A DNA stretch of 64,000 nucleotides from Hormiphora californensis (lineage: Eukaryota; Animalia; Ctenophora). Numbering within the stretch: position 1 is the first letter of the stretch; each line of letters opens with the position of its first letter. The translations under genes and the position numbers were made by a program. The notes under the pieces were generated by a model that did no database searches, was not told the DNA's origin, and saw only the letters and a program-made list of their open reading frames with translations. Shown piece after piece: positions 1 through 12,763 of the stretch. The DNA lies in the NCBI GenBank assembly GCA_020137815.1, contig CM035362.1, forward strand, positions 2,666,001 through 2,730,000, in the 5' to 3' direction.

Positions 1-74
1 CAGTTTATAAAAGTCTTATTCCTGAATCGATGGAATGCAAAAACATTGCAACCTAATAACCCTTCCTGCCTCAG

Positions 75-194
75 GTGTTTATCAACTTTGCACAAAGTAG
101 GGAAAAGAAAGCTACGACACTCGAGGATCAACTGTTATGTGTCGATGACCCTAGTGTTCCCGTAGGAGACCTTGAACTGGCTTTTGATCAGTGA
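75..194 (+). CDS. Terminal exon of an ABCA-subfamily ABC transporter (gene starts upstream of the window)
   Basis: Acceptor cctgcctcag|, then VFINFAQSREKKATTLEDQLLCVDDPSVPVGDLELAFDQ*. VFINFA matches the conserved C-terminal VFVNFA motif of ABCA proteins. Confidence 0.7.
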   Translation: MFINFAQSREKKATTLEDQLLCVDDPSVPVGDLELAFDQ

Positions 195-1396
195 GAGAGA
201 CACTGTTATTTGAATGAGAGAGACACTGTCTTTTGAATGAACTGTTGGGAGACTATATTTGCGGCTGTAGGTCAAAGAGACTTAATTTATTTTAAGTTAA
301 ATCACGTCAAATTGACGGTCATGAACTTTTATTTTTCCCCCCATTTTGTAACTGTAAACGTTTTGGTACTTTTTTCATTATGAAATGAAACGTGTAAAAT
401 CGATGTAATCGTGTGTGATCTTGCGATAATATCGGGATAATGTTTATCCGTGTGTTCCTGTGTGCAAGTTTTCTACTTTTCTACTTTTCTAAATCCAAAC
501 AGATTGCGTGTTTGTTAATTTGTTCATGGGGAATGGGAACAAGGGGCCATCCCTCTCGAGGGAAAGAAGAGGCAAGATCCTGACAATTAGGAGTTATAGT
601 ATCAGTATAATTATATAGTACGTAACAGTTACGTACTAGATAATTATACGGGGTATTATAACAGTAACTAAGCGACAGACCTGTCAGTATCAAGTATTGT
701 TCTGCAGCCGACCATAGCAGCTAGTTCAGAGAGTTTTGCACGTGAGCCAAGAGAGATGTGTCACAGCTCTAATTTATGGACGTCACAATTGCTTATATGA
801 CGATCAAATCACCTAAGTTGTCAGGTACTTGCTAATTCTGACGAAATGTGGGCGTGTCAGCGGGTGATTATAAAACCCAGTACGTTGTGCGCGCCACACA
901 CACATGGCCTGTACATTTTTCCCACGCCCTTCAATGCGCGAAATTAATCAAGTGCTGAAAAGTGTGGTTTAATTTCCTAATCATCGGCGCGCGTTACGTA
1001 ATAATGATAGGATTTGTGCGACGGGCCCATTTGAGTGTGACGAAGTTAGTAAAACCCCGCTATACGATTATACTGTTAACAGTGTTAATAACTTGTATTT
1101 GGATAAGTCGAATGAAGCCGAAAATGCCCCTCTTTTCATCGTGGCTCTCACCACTAGGATTCTGTCACATACGAGATGGAAGCTTTACTTCCCAGTTTTT
1201 ACAAAAGTGATCTGTGATGTAACGGTCCGTTCTAGATTCATCCATGGGTTAATATCCCCTCTTTGCTCTCACTTCCTATATCTTCTAACATAATCGTGCA
1301 TTACTATGAGCATATTCTCGTATAGAATAAGACCCTTGCAGCTAGTGCTCGGGGTAGTATTTCCCAGGCCATGCAGCGACTCACCCCTGTACTGGG

Positions 1397-1472
1397 CTGT
1401 CTGGCGCCGCGACCCATCTGAGCGCACTGTCGCAGATTTGAGAATCAAATGGGGTATGGCGCCGCCATACAG
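1397..1472. mobile_element. Tiny MITE family B (CTGTCTGGCG...CGCCATACAG), 8-bp TSD
   Basis: Imperfect TIRs, TSD gtactggg on both sides. Copy 7218-7282 has TSD cacgtcaa. Related copies at ~2335-2416, 6080-6145, 14666-14727 and 30972-31125. Confidence 0.8.
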
Positions 1473-1595
1473 GTACTGGGAGGGGGAGGGGTTGGTGCCG
1501 GCGATATCGACCCTTATCTCTTAGGGGAGGGGTAACAACAATTGGTCAAAATGATGATTTAACAAATATTGCCAACATTCAACAACAACACCTAT

Positions 1596-1618
1596 CTGTC
1601 AGAGCATTGGCCTGACAG
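1596..1618. mobile_element. Tiny element family A, 23-bp solo unit ctgtcagagcattggcctgacag
   Basis: Flanked by the 8-bp direct repeat acacctat. Other solo units at 2129-2154 (TSD ggttcaca), 37132-37154 and 38314-38335 (TSD agtgaacc). Confidence 0.8.
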
Positions 1619-2918
1619 ACACCTATCTTCTCCATCGATTCAACCCCCACACAAACTTCCCCCGGTCATGCGTAGGGGTTTACCGAGATAATAAAAGCTA
1701 GATCAATCGTCGATTTCAGGACGGGTTTAGCCTTTTTTATAGCCCCCCCACGTCCCACCCCCGTATGTGATAATCGGCTGCCAGCTCTTACTAGAATTGA
1801 ATAATGACCGAATTAAGTTCCTGCTACTACACATCGAGGGGCCCTATTGTGCTTGTACAATTTGTTATAAACCCTGTATAAATGCCATTAAATTGATGGT
1901 TGCCCTAATGTCCTACATTATAATTTACATATTCAACATATTCGGTGTGTTTTACTGTCAGCTTTCTAGTGTCAAGACTGAGTCCCAGGTCCCTACTAGG
2001 TCCCGCCCGGCCCTGTTAAATTTAGACCTATTAAAACCTCCAAAAATTATCTCCATATAACTAGATGCAGATGATGAAAACCTTGCAGTGTAACGGTTTT
2101 AAGGGAGTGGTTGAATTATGGGTTCACACTGTCTGCAGGCCAATGCCCTGACAGGGTTCACACAGGCCGACCATTACATCATTATAATATTTTGAGCTGC
2201 CCTGCCCTGTTTATATATTTGCAGCTGCTAATCATGCCTACTTAAAAGCAGTTGTGCCATAATGTCATAATAGCTGTGTTGATCATATATTTTGTATTTA
2301 ATACCCGTACTAACATGCTGTTTCCCTAGTTCAGCTTGTTTGACGGTCAGCATCAACCCGATCTGAGCTCACTGTCGAGTGTCGAGAATCAAAAAAGGGT
2401 CAGACACCGCCAGACAGAGTGATCGAAGCAGAGTCGAACGTTTATATTTTTAGAAATCTCATTTATTTATTCCGTCATTTGATTATTATTTTATCATTTA
2501 TTCCGGAATCCGGTAGAACACACATAGTTTAAATTCCAACCCCCCACCCAAGTTGTTCATATAATAAGTAGGGGGTGGGGTACAACAAAGAGCTACGACG
2601 CTCGGATTGTTCATGGCCGCCGGGCCACCATATTGGGATATGATGTAATGACCCGCATGAATAGCATTCTTAGTATTAGTTGTTGAGTAAGTATTAGATA
2701 GCTATTGTTTATGCTCTCATATGGTCTTTGATTATTACCAGGAGCTGCTATTAAACATTTCTGCATGTTCATTGTTGATCCGTCATGGTATGATAGTTTT
2801 ATTGTTTTAGTTGGTCCGTTCTCTATATGAAACAGCATACCAATTCAGGAGGTATCTGGTATAATAACTACCATCTCTTTTCGAACCAAACTGTAAACTT
2901 AGCAGATACTCTCTACAG

Positions 2919-2995
2919 CTGTCATATCAGAGCATTGGCCTGACCCTATTCTCATGTAATGTGCGAGAACTGTGGTCAGAGCATTGACCTGACAG
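2919..2995. mobile_element. Tiny element family A, two-unit form
   Basis: Two direct copies of tcagagcattggcctgac around a spacer, TSD ctctacag. Other copies: 4251-4326, 18443-18505, 20398-20462 (TSD agcattcg), 20793-20882, ~23575-23660, 30148-30211 (TSD tatcttac), 32896-32988. Confidence 0.8.
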
Positions 2996-3266
2996 CTCTA
3001 CAGTTGGAAGATTACTCATGGTTAATATTGCCCTTTCTAGAGAAAAAGGGATCTAAATTACGCCCTTAAAATCCCAGGAATTTTGAGAAAGCCTGGGAAC
3101 GCTTGACAATAACTGACAACCGGCCACTGGCCAGCTAGTTGTATCTCGTCAGTAGCTATAACTCCTTTACCGTAGATCTATGGCACTGTATCCAAGATGG
3201 GAAACTTTGAAACAATGTAATTCCCCCGTACCACTGCTTATCTTACCCGACACGCACAGTTGAAAA

Positions 3267-4153
3267 TACGATATAATAGTTGAGCCCATGTTTTACCTGA
3301 GTTATGCTTTATGATGTTCATTGTTGAGTAAGGGGTCCACTCTTTACTCAACAAGATGTTCATATCCCCCCCCCCCCCCCCCCGAAATGATGAGACATGT
3401 TTAATTAGAGATTAAAGAATGCACTAATTGCATTGAGCACCATGGGGCCTAAGAATAATTATTTGGGGTAACATAATAATAATAGTTGACAGTACGATAT
3501 GATAGTTGAGCCTATGTGTACCTGAGTTATGACGTATGATGTTCATTGTTGAGTAAGGGGACCACTCTTTACTCAACAAGATGTTCATATGTTACCCCTC
3601 CCCCCCTCCGAAATGATGAGACATGTTTAATTAGAGATTAAAGAATGCACTAATTGCATTGAGCACCATGGGGCCTAAGAATAATTATTTGGGGTAACAT
3701 AATAATAATAGTTGACAGTACGATATGATAGTTGAGCCTATGTGTACCTGAGTTATGACGTATGATGTTCATTGTTGAGTAAGGGGTCCACTCTTTACTC
3801 AACAAGATGTTCATATGTTACCCCCCCCCCCCTCCCGAAACGATGAGACATGTTTAATTAGAGATTAGAGGATGCACTAATTGCATTGAGCACCATGGGG
3901 CCTAAGAATAATTATTTGGGGTAACATAATAATAATAGTTGACAGTACGATATGATAGTTGAGCCTATGTGTACCTGAGTTATGACGTATGATGTTCATT
4001 GTTGAGTAAGGGGTCCACTCTTTACTCAACAAGATGTTCATATGTTACCCCCCCCCCCCTCCCGACATGATGAGACTAGTATGTAATTAGAGATTAGAGG
4101 ATGCACTAATTGCATTAAGCACCATGGGGCCTAAGAATAATTATTTGGAGTAA
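3267..4153. repeat. Tandem array of a ~227-bp unit (about 4 copies)
   Basis: atagttgacagtacgatatg recurs at 3482, 3709 and 3935, with a degenerate first copy at ~3267. Confidence 0.9.
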
Positions 4154-4718
4154 CTAAAACTTGGCCGTGTAATTACAAATCAATTTGTGAAGCCCTCTCA
4201 TTTCCCCTATACAGGCCTAAAATTTCATGCATATAATGGACAATTCGATTCTGTCAGAGCATTGGCCTGACCCATTCTCGTTTCTCGGAGCGCGCGAGAA
4301 CTGTGGTCAGAGCATTGGCCTGACAGGCTCGATTTGTTCTGAAAAGATGGTGCACCCTAAGCACCGCTGCCTTAGGGTGCACCATCTTTTCAGAACAAAT
4401 CGAGCTTCCATGAATTGTCCATTATATGCATGAAATTTTAGGCCTGTATAGGGGAAATGAGAGGGCTTCACAAATTGATCTGTAATTACACGGCCAAGTT
4501 TTAGTTACCCCAAATAATTATTCTTAGGCCCCATGGTGCTTAATGCAATTAGTGCATTCTTTAATCTCTAATTAAACATGTCTCATCATGTCGGGAGGGG
4601 GAGGGGGTAACATATGAACATCTTGTTGAGTAAAGAGTGGTCCCCTTACTCAACAATGAACATCATAAGTCATAACACAGGTACATAGGCTCAACTATCA
4701 TATCGTACTGTCAACTAT
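3935..4718. mobile_element. Foldback-type palindromic element (~310-bp inverted arms plus central hairpin)
   Basis: 3935-4246 is the reverse complement of 4412-4718. Central hairpin 4327-4405 has ~35-bp arms. Confidence 0.8.
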
Positions 4719-5598
4719 GCTTTTGGGGTGAATAACAAATAAGATAAGTTGTGGTTCGGGGGAATTAAATTTTTTCCAACTCGTTTCCCATCTTCGATAC
4801 GTAACGCGCGAGTGTTTTGTTGTGGTGAAAGTGCGATGAAACGTAATGCGCAAAGCAAATGTACGGGGGACTGGTACGGGCGATCTATACGGGCGATCTA
4901 TTCGAGCCCCCGTAATCCCCCGTGTAAGCTCTAGATACAATGTGTAAGATTTGATTACGTCACTCCCTAGGAGACCTCTCTAATGATTGTTGCAGAGAGT
5001 TGCAGCACCAGTGGTCTGGAGGTTGGAAATTTATTCAAACCCCCGTATTGTCTAAGCCTTGCACAGTTTTATCATTGTAATTGCTCCTGGCAGACCCCTT
5101 TGTGAGTTACCATGCTATGAATAGTCATATGAGATTACCCAACAAGTGGCAACACCCCTGCTCCTTTATAAAATCCCATATATACCGCTGTAATTGGTCT
5201 ATATGTGGAACTGCCTAACTTAGTGAGAGAGTTTTTAGATTTACTGCTATTGCACCCCATTTTGCTAAGATTTTACCTGACTCGAGACAAAGGTGTAAAA
5301 GCCTGCGAGTGCCAGGTCTGCTTTTCAATGAACCAAATGATTAGGAGTCATAAGATAGTGGCCAGTGGTGAGGGACACCTTGTTGAGTCTTGTCGACCCT
5401 CTCTCCCCGTGCCCTGGGTTTGAACTAAACAAGTTGAGTCATATTTAGGTCATAACAATATGATGATGTAAAATTGCTAAAGAGAACTGCAAAAGTTATC
5501 AAAACGTACATGGAGAAACCGAATCGGCGAATCACTTTTGATACTTTTGATCGTGGTTCATTAGTTTATTTAGGAAAATGAAATCAGTGCTTGCGTCC

Positions 5599-7856
5599 CA
5601 CCGGCAGACATCGATGATGTAATCAGTATCGGAATTTTTAACTTGTCATAGCAAGTTAAAAGCTATCAGCTATGTAACAAATTACAAAGCGAAATTCGAC
5701 TTAAACAAATTAGGTTTTGGTTTCAACGATAGGTGTTTTCTACCAATTTAAGGGCGACTTTCCAGCAGATTCCCCTGTACTCTGTAGTCATGCCACTTTG
5801 GCCTTTGCCTCAGATTCAGATTTTAGACCTACAGATTCTTTCAAAACTAAACATTAAGGATTGTAGACACACCAAGTTGGCATTTGCTTGTGTAGATTGT
5901 AGACAAGCTTTCAACAAATTGATTTTTGCCCCCTTTCTTGTCTTCTCTCATGGTCATAGTTTCCTGGTCTGATAAAACCAAATTATTCGTAACAACCTGT
6001 GCCAACCTCAACTCTCTCCATCATTATCTTCTAAGGGTGCCGGGTTAGACTTAGAGGAACCCAAGCGACTATCACGTCAATTGTATCGCGGCGCCATACC
6101 CCATTTGATTCTCAGTGCGCTCAGATGGGTCGCGGCGCCAGACAGCACGTCAATGCGATGTGGTCGAAACTTGCTCGTGAAATGACCACACAATTATGAA
6201 ATTACTCTTTGTCTTGACATGTGATGTTCAACTGTTTGCCTTATAAGACCGTTCATGTCGTTGGCAACGATGTTAGTGCTGGGATAACCTGAGATATCCC
6301 AACAACAATCCAAACTACTTGTTCTTGAATCTTGAAACGTAGTAAAATATTAAAGCATGAGACCCCTTTCGAAAGTTGTGGTTTTCTTGTTAATTTTAGG
6401 AATAATGTGCTTGATACCCAAGTTTTCTTTCGGTTCCTATATAGCGAATATCATAGATACTGCATTGACGATACAAGGATATTACTGCAACTGACGTAAA
6501 ATCTTTTTCGCCAAGCCATTTTCAAGCCATCAACATTCCTTTTGTATGAATCAATAAAATATCTTTTGTTCTCAATCTCACGTTTGATCTTTTGTATCGC
6601 ATGAAACTCGTATGAAATTGCAGTATTGTAAATAGTTATCGATATGCTAATTTTCAGTCTGCAGTTACTTTAGTTTAGAATAGAATTAGGGCATCAATAA
6701 TTGATCATTGATACTCTCTAGATGTCACCGGCAGACATCGATGATGTAATCAGTATCGGAATTTTTAACTCATCCGAGCAAGTTAAAATCTATACAAATT
6801 AACTTGTCATAGTAAGTTAAAAGCTATACAAATTACAAAGCGAAATTCGACCTAAACAAATAAGGTTTTGGTTTCTACGATAAGTGTTTTCTACCAATTT
6901 AAAGGTGACTTTCCTGCAGATTCCCCTGCAGTCATGCCACGTTGGTCTTTGCCTCAGATTCAGAATTTAGACCTACAGATTCCTTCAAAACTAAACATTA
7001 AGGATTGTAGACACACCAAGTTTGCCTTTGCTTGTCTATGTAGACAAGCTTCCAAATTATTTTTGCCCCTTTTCTTGTCTTCTCTCATGGTCATAGTTTC
7101 CTGGTCTGATAAAACCAAATTATTCGTAACAACCTGTGCCATCCTCAACTCTCTCCATAATTATCTTCTAAGGGTGCCGTGTTAGACTTAGGGGAACCCA
7201 AGCGACTATCACGTCAACTGTATGGCGGCGCCATACCCCATTTGATTCTCAGTGCGCTCAGATGGGTCGCGGCGCCAGACAGCACGTCAATGCGATGTGG
7301 TCGACACTTGCTCTTGAAATGACCACACAATTATGAAATTACTCTTTGTCTTGACATGTGATGTTCAACTGTTTGCCTTATAAGACCGTTGATGTCGTTG
7401 GCAACGATGTTAGTGCTGGGATAACCTGAGATATCCCATGTAACAATCCAAACTACTGGTTCTTGAATCTTGAAACGTAGTAAAATATTAAAGCATGAGA
7501 CCCCTTTCGAAAGTTGTGGTTTTCTTGTTAATTTTAGGAATAATGTGCTTGATACCCAAGTTTTCTTTCGGTTCCTATATAGCGAATATCATAGATACTG
7601 CATTGACGATATAAGGATATTACTGCAACTGACGTAAAATCTTTTTCGCCAAGCCATTTTCAAGCCATCAACATTCCTTTTGTATGAATCAATAAAATAT
7701 CTTTTATTCTCAATCTCACGTTTGATCTTTTGTATCGCATGAAACTCGTATGAAATTGCAGTATTGTAAATAGTTATCGATATGCTAATTTTCAGTCTGC
7801 AGTTACTATAGTTTAGAATTGAACTAAGCGCATCAATAATTGAACATTGATACTCT
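5599..7856. repeat. Tandem duplication of a ~1.13-kb segment
   Basis: 5599-6717 and 6726-7856 are collinear and highly similar; both begin caccggcagacatcgatgatg. Confidence 0.92.
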
Positions 7857-7864
7857 TTATAGTA

Positions 7865-8019
7865 CAGTCGGACCCCGATTTAGTGGCCCCCGATTTAGTG
7901 GCACCCCGATTTAGTGGCAGGATTTTTTTCCCCGATATACGAAAATTAACATTATTTGAACCCGATTTAGTGGCAGGATTATCTTCCCCCGAGGATGCCA
8001 CTAAATCGGGGTCCAACTG
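7865..8019. mobile_element. Tc1/mariner(pogo)-like MITE, TA TSD, CAGTCGGACCCCGATTT TIR
   Basis: ta|cagtcggaccccgatttagtgg...ccactaaatcggggtccaactg|ta. Relatives at 10585-10686, 15294-15378, 41396-41567 and ~60831-60885. Confidence 0.85.
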
Positions 8020-8739
8020 TAGATCTATAAGCCATGAAATTCTGACTTGGTTCCCCCCACTCTTCATCTTGTACAATCATTACATCTAGTTGCTAGAATA
8101 ACAACACTATATCATGACATTTTGCATCGAAGAAGGGAGGTGGAAGTACCACATTCAGTTCACGTCTCTTTCAAGCGAGACGGGTTTACGGGGGTATGAC
8201 ACTATCTAGAGGGCTGAGATTGGAATGTAATTCCGAGGATCTCTAGTTAGGTGGGGGTGTTGTGCTAGAATACTCGAAGAAGAGAGAGTTATAAGAGAGC
8301 TTTGGACATGAACTGCATTATGAAGAACTATATCCTTCTTTTCCTGGCATGCGCTATAACTATAACTAGTATCGACCTGGTGACACGGGGACCCGCCCTG
8401 GGCTCTATTTATCGAGTGCGGTTAGACATTCCTTGCTTTTTATTGTTTTTAACTATCATATCAGGCCTTATATTATCACGAGCAGAGATTGTCGTTCAAC
8501 ACTTTTATTGGGGTCTCGATGTGTCCTGAAACGTTCCGTAGACGATTATATGCCATTCTACCCCTTCGTCCAACATTTTTTTGGGGTCTGTTTTCATTGC
8601 TATACATATTTCAGTATTAAAGTTTCATTTTTATTTCTTTGGTACAATTAAAATACGGATTTTTAACTTTTATACCATTTGTCCACCTTTCCATTTCAAA
8701 ATTTCAAGTTTTAATCATTTTAGCAAGGCATTTCAGAAT

Positions 8740-10478
8740 ATGACATCAACAACGACAGTGATGCGATACGTGGTTTTCGGTAAGTTCAAAGACATTATAA
8801 GGAAAGGAAATATGTTACTAATATTATATGTGCATAATATCATCATCATCATGCTATATGACATAATACGTCTTGATCCCACTATCTCTTGATCCCACCT
8901 AACTCTTACAAGTTCTAACCTAAACTTCTAAAGCAATAATTCACAAGTCTACGTTAAGTTTATTATAATGATATGTTTTAATCATTGTCACTTTCAGTTT
9001 TCTGGCTGGTATCAGGGATAAGTGGCGGATATGTGTTTGAGGACCACCACGCATTAAAGATACAGCACAATAAGACTAAAGGATTACATATGCATTACCG
9101 ATACAAACTACAGGTAATAATTTCGCACATTTTTTAATTTCTGCGGCTCCGGCTATCCACCAAACGTGTTTGGTTTTTTGATCTAGTAACGCTATAATAG
9201 AGTCATAGATCATAGGAAGTTCTTCTTCTCTTGAAAGTTAGATATTCAGATTATAAACTCTGATTTTTATTTATGTTCTCTTTCAAGTTATAGAAAAATG
9301 TCGAACTTTCAGATTTAGTTATTTCTAGGAATCAATGATTTCCGGAAACGTCCCCATTTTTGTAGCAATTCAGAACCCAATAATCACATACTTTTAGTAT
9401 GAATATATTATGCAGCCTTGTGTCCCCGCCCAGACAAACAATTATACTAGTTTTTCTAACTAAAATTCGACTGAAATTATGTCATGGCCTGTAAGTAATG
9501 AATGCCCGTGGCAATAATCGAGTTAGAACGTTTTGGTTGTATTTTGTGTAATTATTTCTCATTTTCAGAACAAAGCAAAAGCTAAGGTGGAAGATGTGAG
9601 GCTAAAAAGTCTTGATGGTATGAGGGCGGCTTGTCTAAACCAAGCTTACTCTGACTCCAGTATAGACCCAGGGAACCTGATATGGCCAGAAGGTCAGAAG
9701 TCTGTCATTGTGTGGAAGGGAACTGAACAGAGTGGGGGTGATACAGATATTGCCATCGAGACGTATGGACAGGTGAGTTAAATGTTCTTAGGCACTTCGC
9801 CCTCTTTTTTTTGTCCTATAGTGGTCGGTTGGTAGCTCAATTCCTTATCAAAAAGTTCTCTTTTTTAACCAAAACCCTAATTTCCCCAGATGTTATCCAT
9901 GAAAGAAAAACAGGATGAACTTCACGTTGCCAGGGACTTTCCATACTTTGGATGCATTACATGTAAGTACTTGTTTCACTGCGCATCCACACCCCTCACA
10001 TGACACAAATGTAATTGTAAAGGAGGCCGAGGATTAGAACATAACAAAGTTTTCCAATTTACACGGGTGAAGAAGTAAAGTCCATTTTTATTCAACTGTT
10101 CACCCAAAATTGAAATTTCAGTGAAATTTAGAATTTTCGTGGCGCGCGCTACACGTTAACATGTGATAGACACGCAAAACAATTCCGCGCACAACTTTGG
10201 GGGGTGAACAGTTGAAAAAAAAATGGAGTATATGTAAAAAACTTAAATACATTCGTTAAAAACCTGAAAAGTAACTGACAATTATTTCAGGTGATACCCA
10301 CCATAACAATAACGACCGGAATACCTACACTCTATGTATTTACGCAAAAGAAGACCCGTGTGATAGAGGTGATAAGAAAAGAAAGTTCACCCGATGTATA
10401 CACGGAGAGGATCACGCTCATCATCTTGTGAAACGATACAACAGACACAGGAGAAGTGAGGAACCACAAGAACAATAG
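8740..10478 (+). CDS. Secreted protein, divergent CAP/SCP-like domain with a basic C-terminal tail (5 exons)
   Basis: Exons 8740-8779, 8998-9113, 9569-9772, 9890-9962, 10291-10478; all GT-AG and phase-compatible. Signal peptide MRYVVFVFWLVSGISG. HMHYR and FGCITC...YTLCIY resemble CAP motifs. Confidence 0.75.
10079..10228. mobile_element. MITE in intron 4 of the CAP-like gene
   Basis: TIR tccatttttattcaactgttcaccc / gggtgaacagttgaaaaaaaaatgga. Confidence 0.65.
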
Positions 10479-10934
10479 CATTTAAAAAAACAATTATTTT
10501 TTATTATCTAGCCTGGTGCTTCAGTTGCTGCTGCATAGACTCTAAAAAGTTTAGAGGCTGTATTACAACCTCGATACAGTATGACAGTCAAACCTCGATT
10601 TACCGGACTTTTTGAGGGCGAGAAGTTCATCCGGCCGGTAAATCGAGGTCCGGTAAATCGAGGTCCGATAAAATCGAGGTTTGACTCCACTATCCCGTAT
10701 TACATGGGGGACAGTATATATATCTGAGTTTTAATGTGCTATTGTTTTTGCTGGTATTGCGTGAATCTCTATTTGTTTATTTGTTGATAAACTCATGTTA
10801 CTTCTTATATACAATAATTACAACATTGTTATTGTTATACAAGTACGTTCAGTTACGTACCTTGCACACAAACACTTGTTTTTTCTGCTTAGTCTGATAA
10901 TCAGGTTGAAATGCACCAAAGTTATCTAATTTAA

Positions 10935-11225
10935 CTAGCAAAACTGGGGCGATCGTACCGATCGCAAATCGAGGGGTCTGTTTCTATGTTTTTCTCTCTG
11001 CCTGTCTGCTATATGCTATGTGATGTGATCCCTCTCTTTTTCTCTCTTTCTCTCCCTTTTATACATGTGATGTGACCCCTCAAGTCGCAAGCAGTTCTCA
11101 ACACGTGTGATACGTGATACCTACGAATCACGTCGTCACACTGACGGATCATGTCGTCACACTGACGGATCACGTCGTCACATTGACGGATCACGTCGTC
11201 ACATTGACGATAGGGTGTCACATTT
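10935..11225 (-). mobile_element. Non-autonomous Helitron-like element with internal 21-bp tandem repeat
   Basis: 3' end has hairpin gcgatcggtacgatcgc then CTAG. Inverted homolog at 15735-16245. Confidence 0.6.
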
Positions 11226-11420
11226 ATAGGGTGTCACATTTATAGTTTGGGCTTCCAAAAATACGTAGCTCTCTCCTTTTCTCCAATCTCCTCTTCTCCC
11301 AATTACTACTACTTCGTGGCCTTGACAACGAACTTTTGTCTTTGCTGTTGTCAGGGAGGTAAGGCTAAGGATAAAGCTTGGGCAGCAGTAAAGAATTAAT
11401 GGATCCATTCTTAGAAGGGG

Positions 11421-11422
<2 letters not shown>

Positions 11423-11473
<51 letters not shown>

Positions 11474-11475
11474 GT

Positions 11476-11525
<50 letters not shown>

Positions 11526-11760
11526 AAGAGAGGAAGTGAGAGATAATAGATATATGAGAGAGGGAGATGGAGGGACAGAGAGGAAGTTAAAGATAGAGAG
11601 AGAGAGAGTAAGAGGAAGTTAAAGATAGAGAGAGAGAGAGAGAAATAGAAAGCTAGAGAGGAAGTGAGAGATAATATATAATATATAAGAGAGGGAGATG
11701 GAGGGACAGAGAGGAAGTTAAAGATAGAGAGAGAGAGGGAAAGTTAAAGAGTAAGAGTAA
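11423..11760. repeat. (GA)n / purine-rich microsatellite
   Basis: Seen directly. Similar tracts at 12480-12760, 24676-25070, 27300-27850, 28943-29075, 46155-46270, 49399-49517, 50533-50675, 57181-57460 and 59811-59967. Confidence 0.95.
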
Positions 11761-12595
11761 GAGGAAAGGCCCGACCACAGAGTGTTGGGAGAATAGTTAT
11801 TTGGTCAATGACTTGTCCGCACAGAATGTATTGTTCCTACACTCCCAATCACAAACCAGATGTGATGGGGGTGTGTGCTGCTGGTTGTCGTCCCCAGGCC
11901 CCACAAGTTTGTCGTCATTGGTATACCGTTGTTATGGTAATTTAACTCTTAAATTCACTCTAACTGAGGAGAGTTGTTGAGAAATGGGAGGAGAGAGGAC
12001 AGAGGAGAGAATGAGTCTCTCTCTGCCTCACACATACTATAGACACTCTCTTATTCAGTCCCATGGCGCCGTCAGCTGTTGAATTTCATGAAGTTGAAGG
12101 GATTTACTTCCTTAATCCAGCGACCGCAATTTTGCTTCCATCTGGATTCTGGGCGTGCGGTCACTATAATAGGTATCCTGGACGATTCCGGTATCATTGT
12201 ATTAACTTCCATTACTGAACTGTTTCTCTTTTCCTTCACGTATTTAATAATGGACTTCTAAAACCTATCCTAGACTATTTAATAACTGATTAAAGTCTCT
12301 ACCACCCTCAATATTCACGCTGCAAGTACTCACTCTCACGCCTTGTTAAAACAAGCATGTATATAGCACTGTGCAGATGCTCAGGTGTATTCCACACAAA
12401 ACCACTCTTTTTGTATCGGACTATCTACCCGCGTAGTAGCGGCAGTGCTTGTTATTGTCATGGATCTTTTGTTGTAGCCTTTCCATCTCTTTTTCTATCT
12501 AGTCTCTCTCTATTTAGTCTCTCTTTCTCTATCTCTCTTTCTCTATATAGTCTTTCTCTATCTAGTCTCTCTCTTTCTCTCTCTGTCTCTCTCTG

Positions 12596-12763
<168 letters not shown>

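Noticed and set aside
7813-8089. Short ORFs with QSDPDL / ATKSG repeats (also 41375, 51795, 62967)
   Set aside because: Translations of MITEs or interspersed repeats, not host genes.
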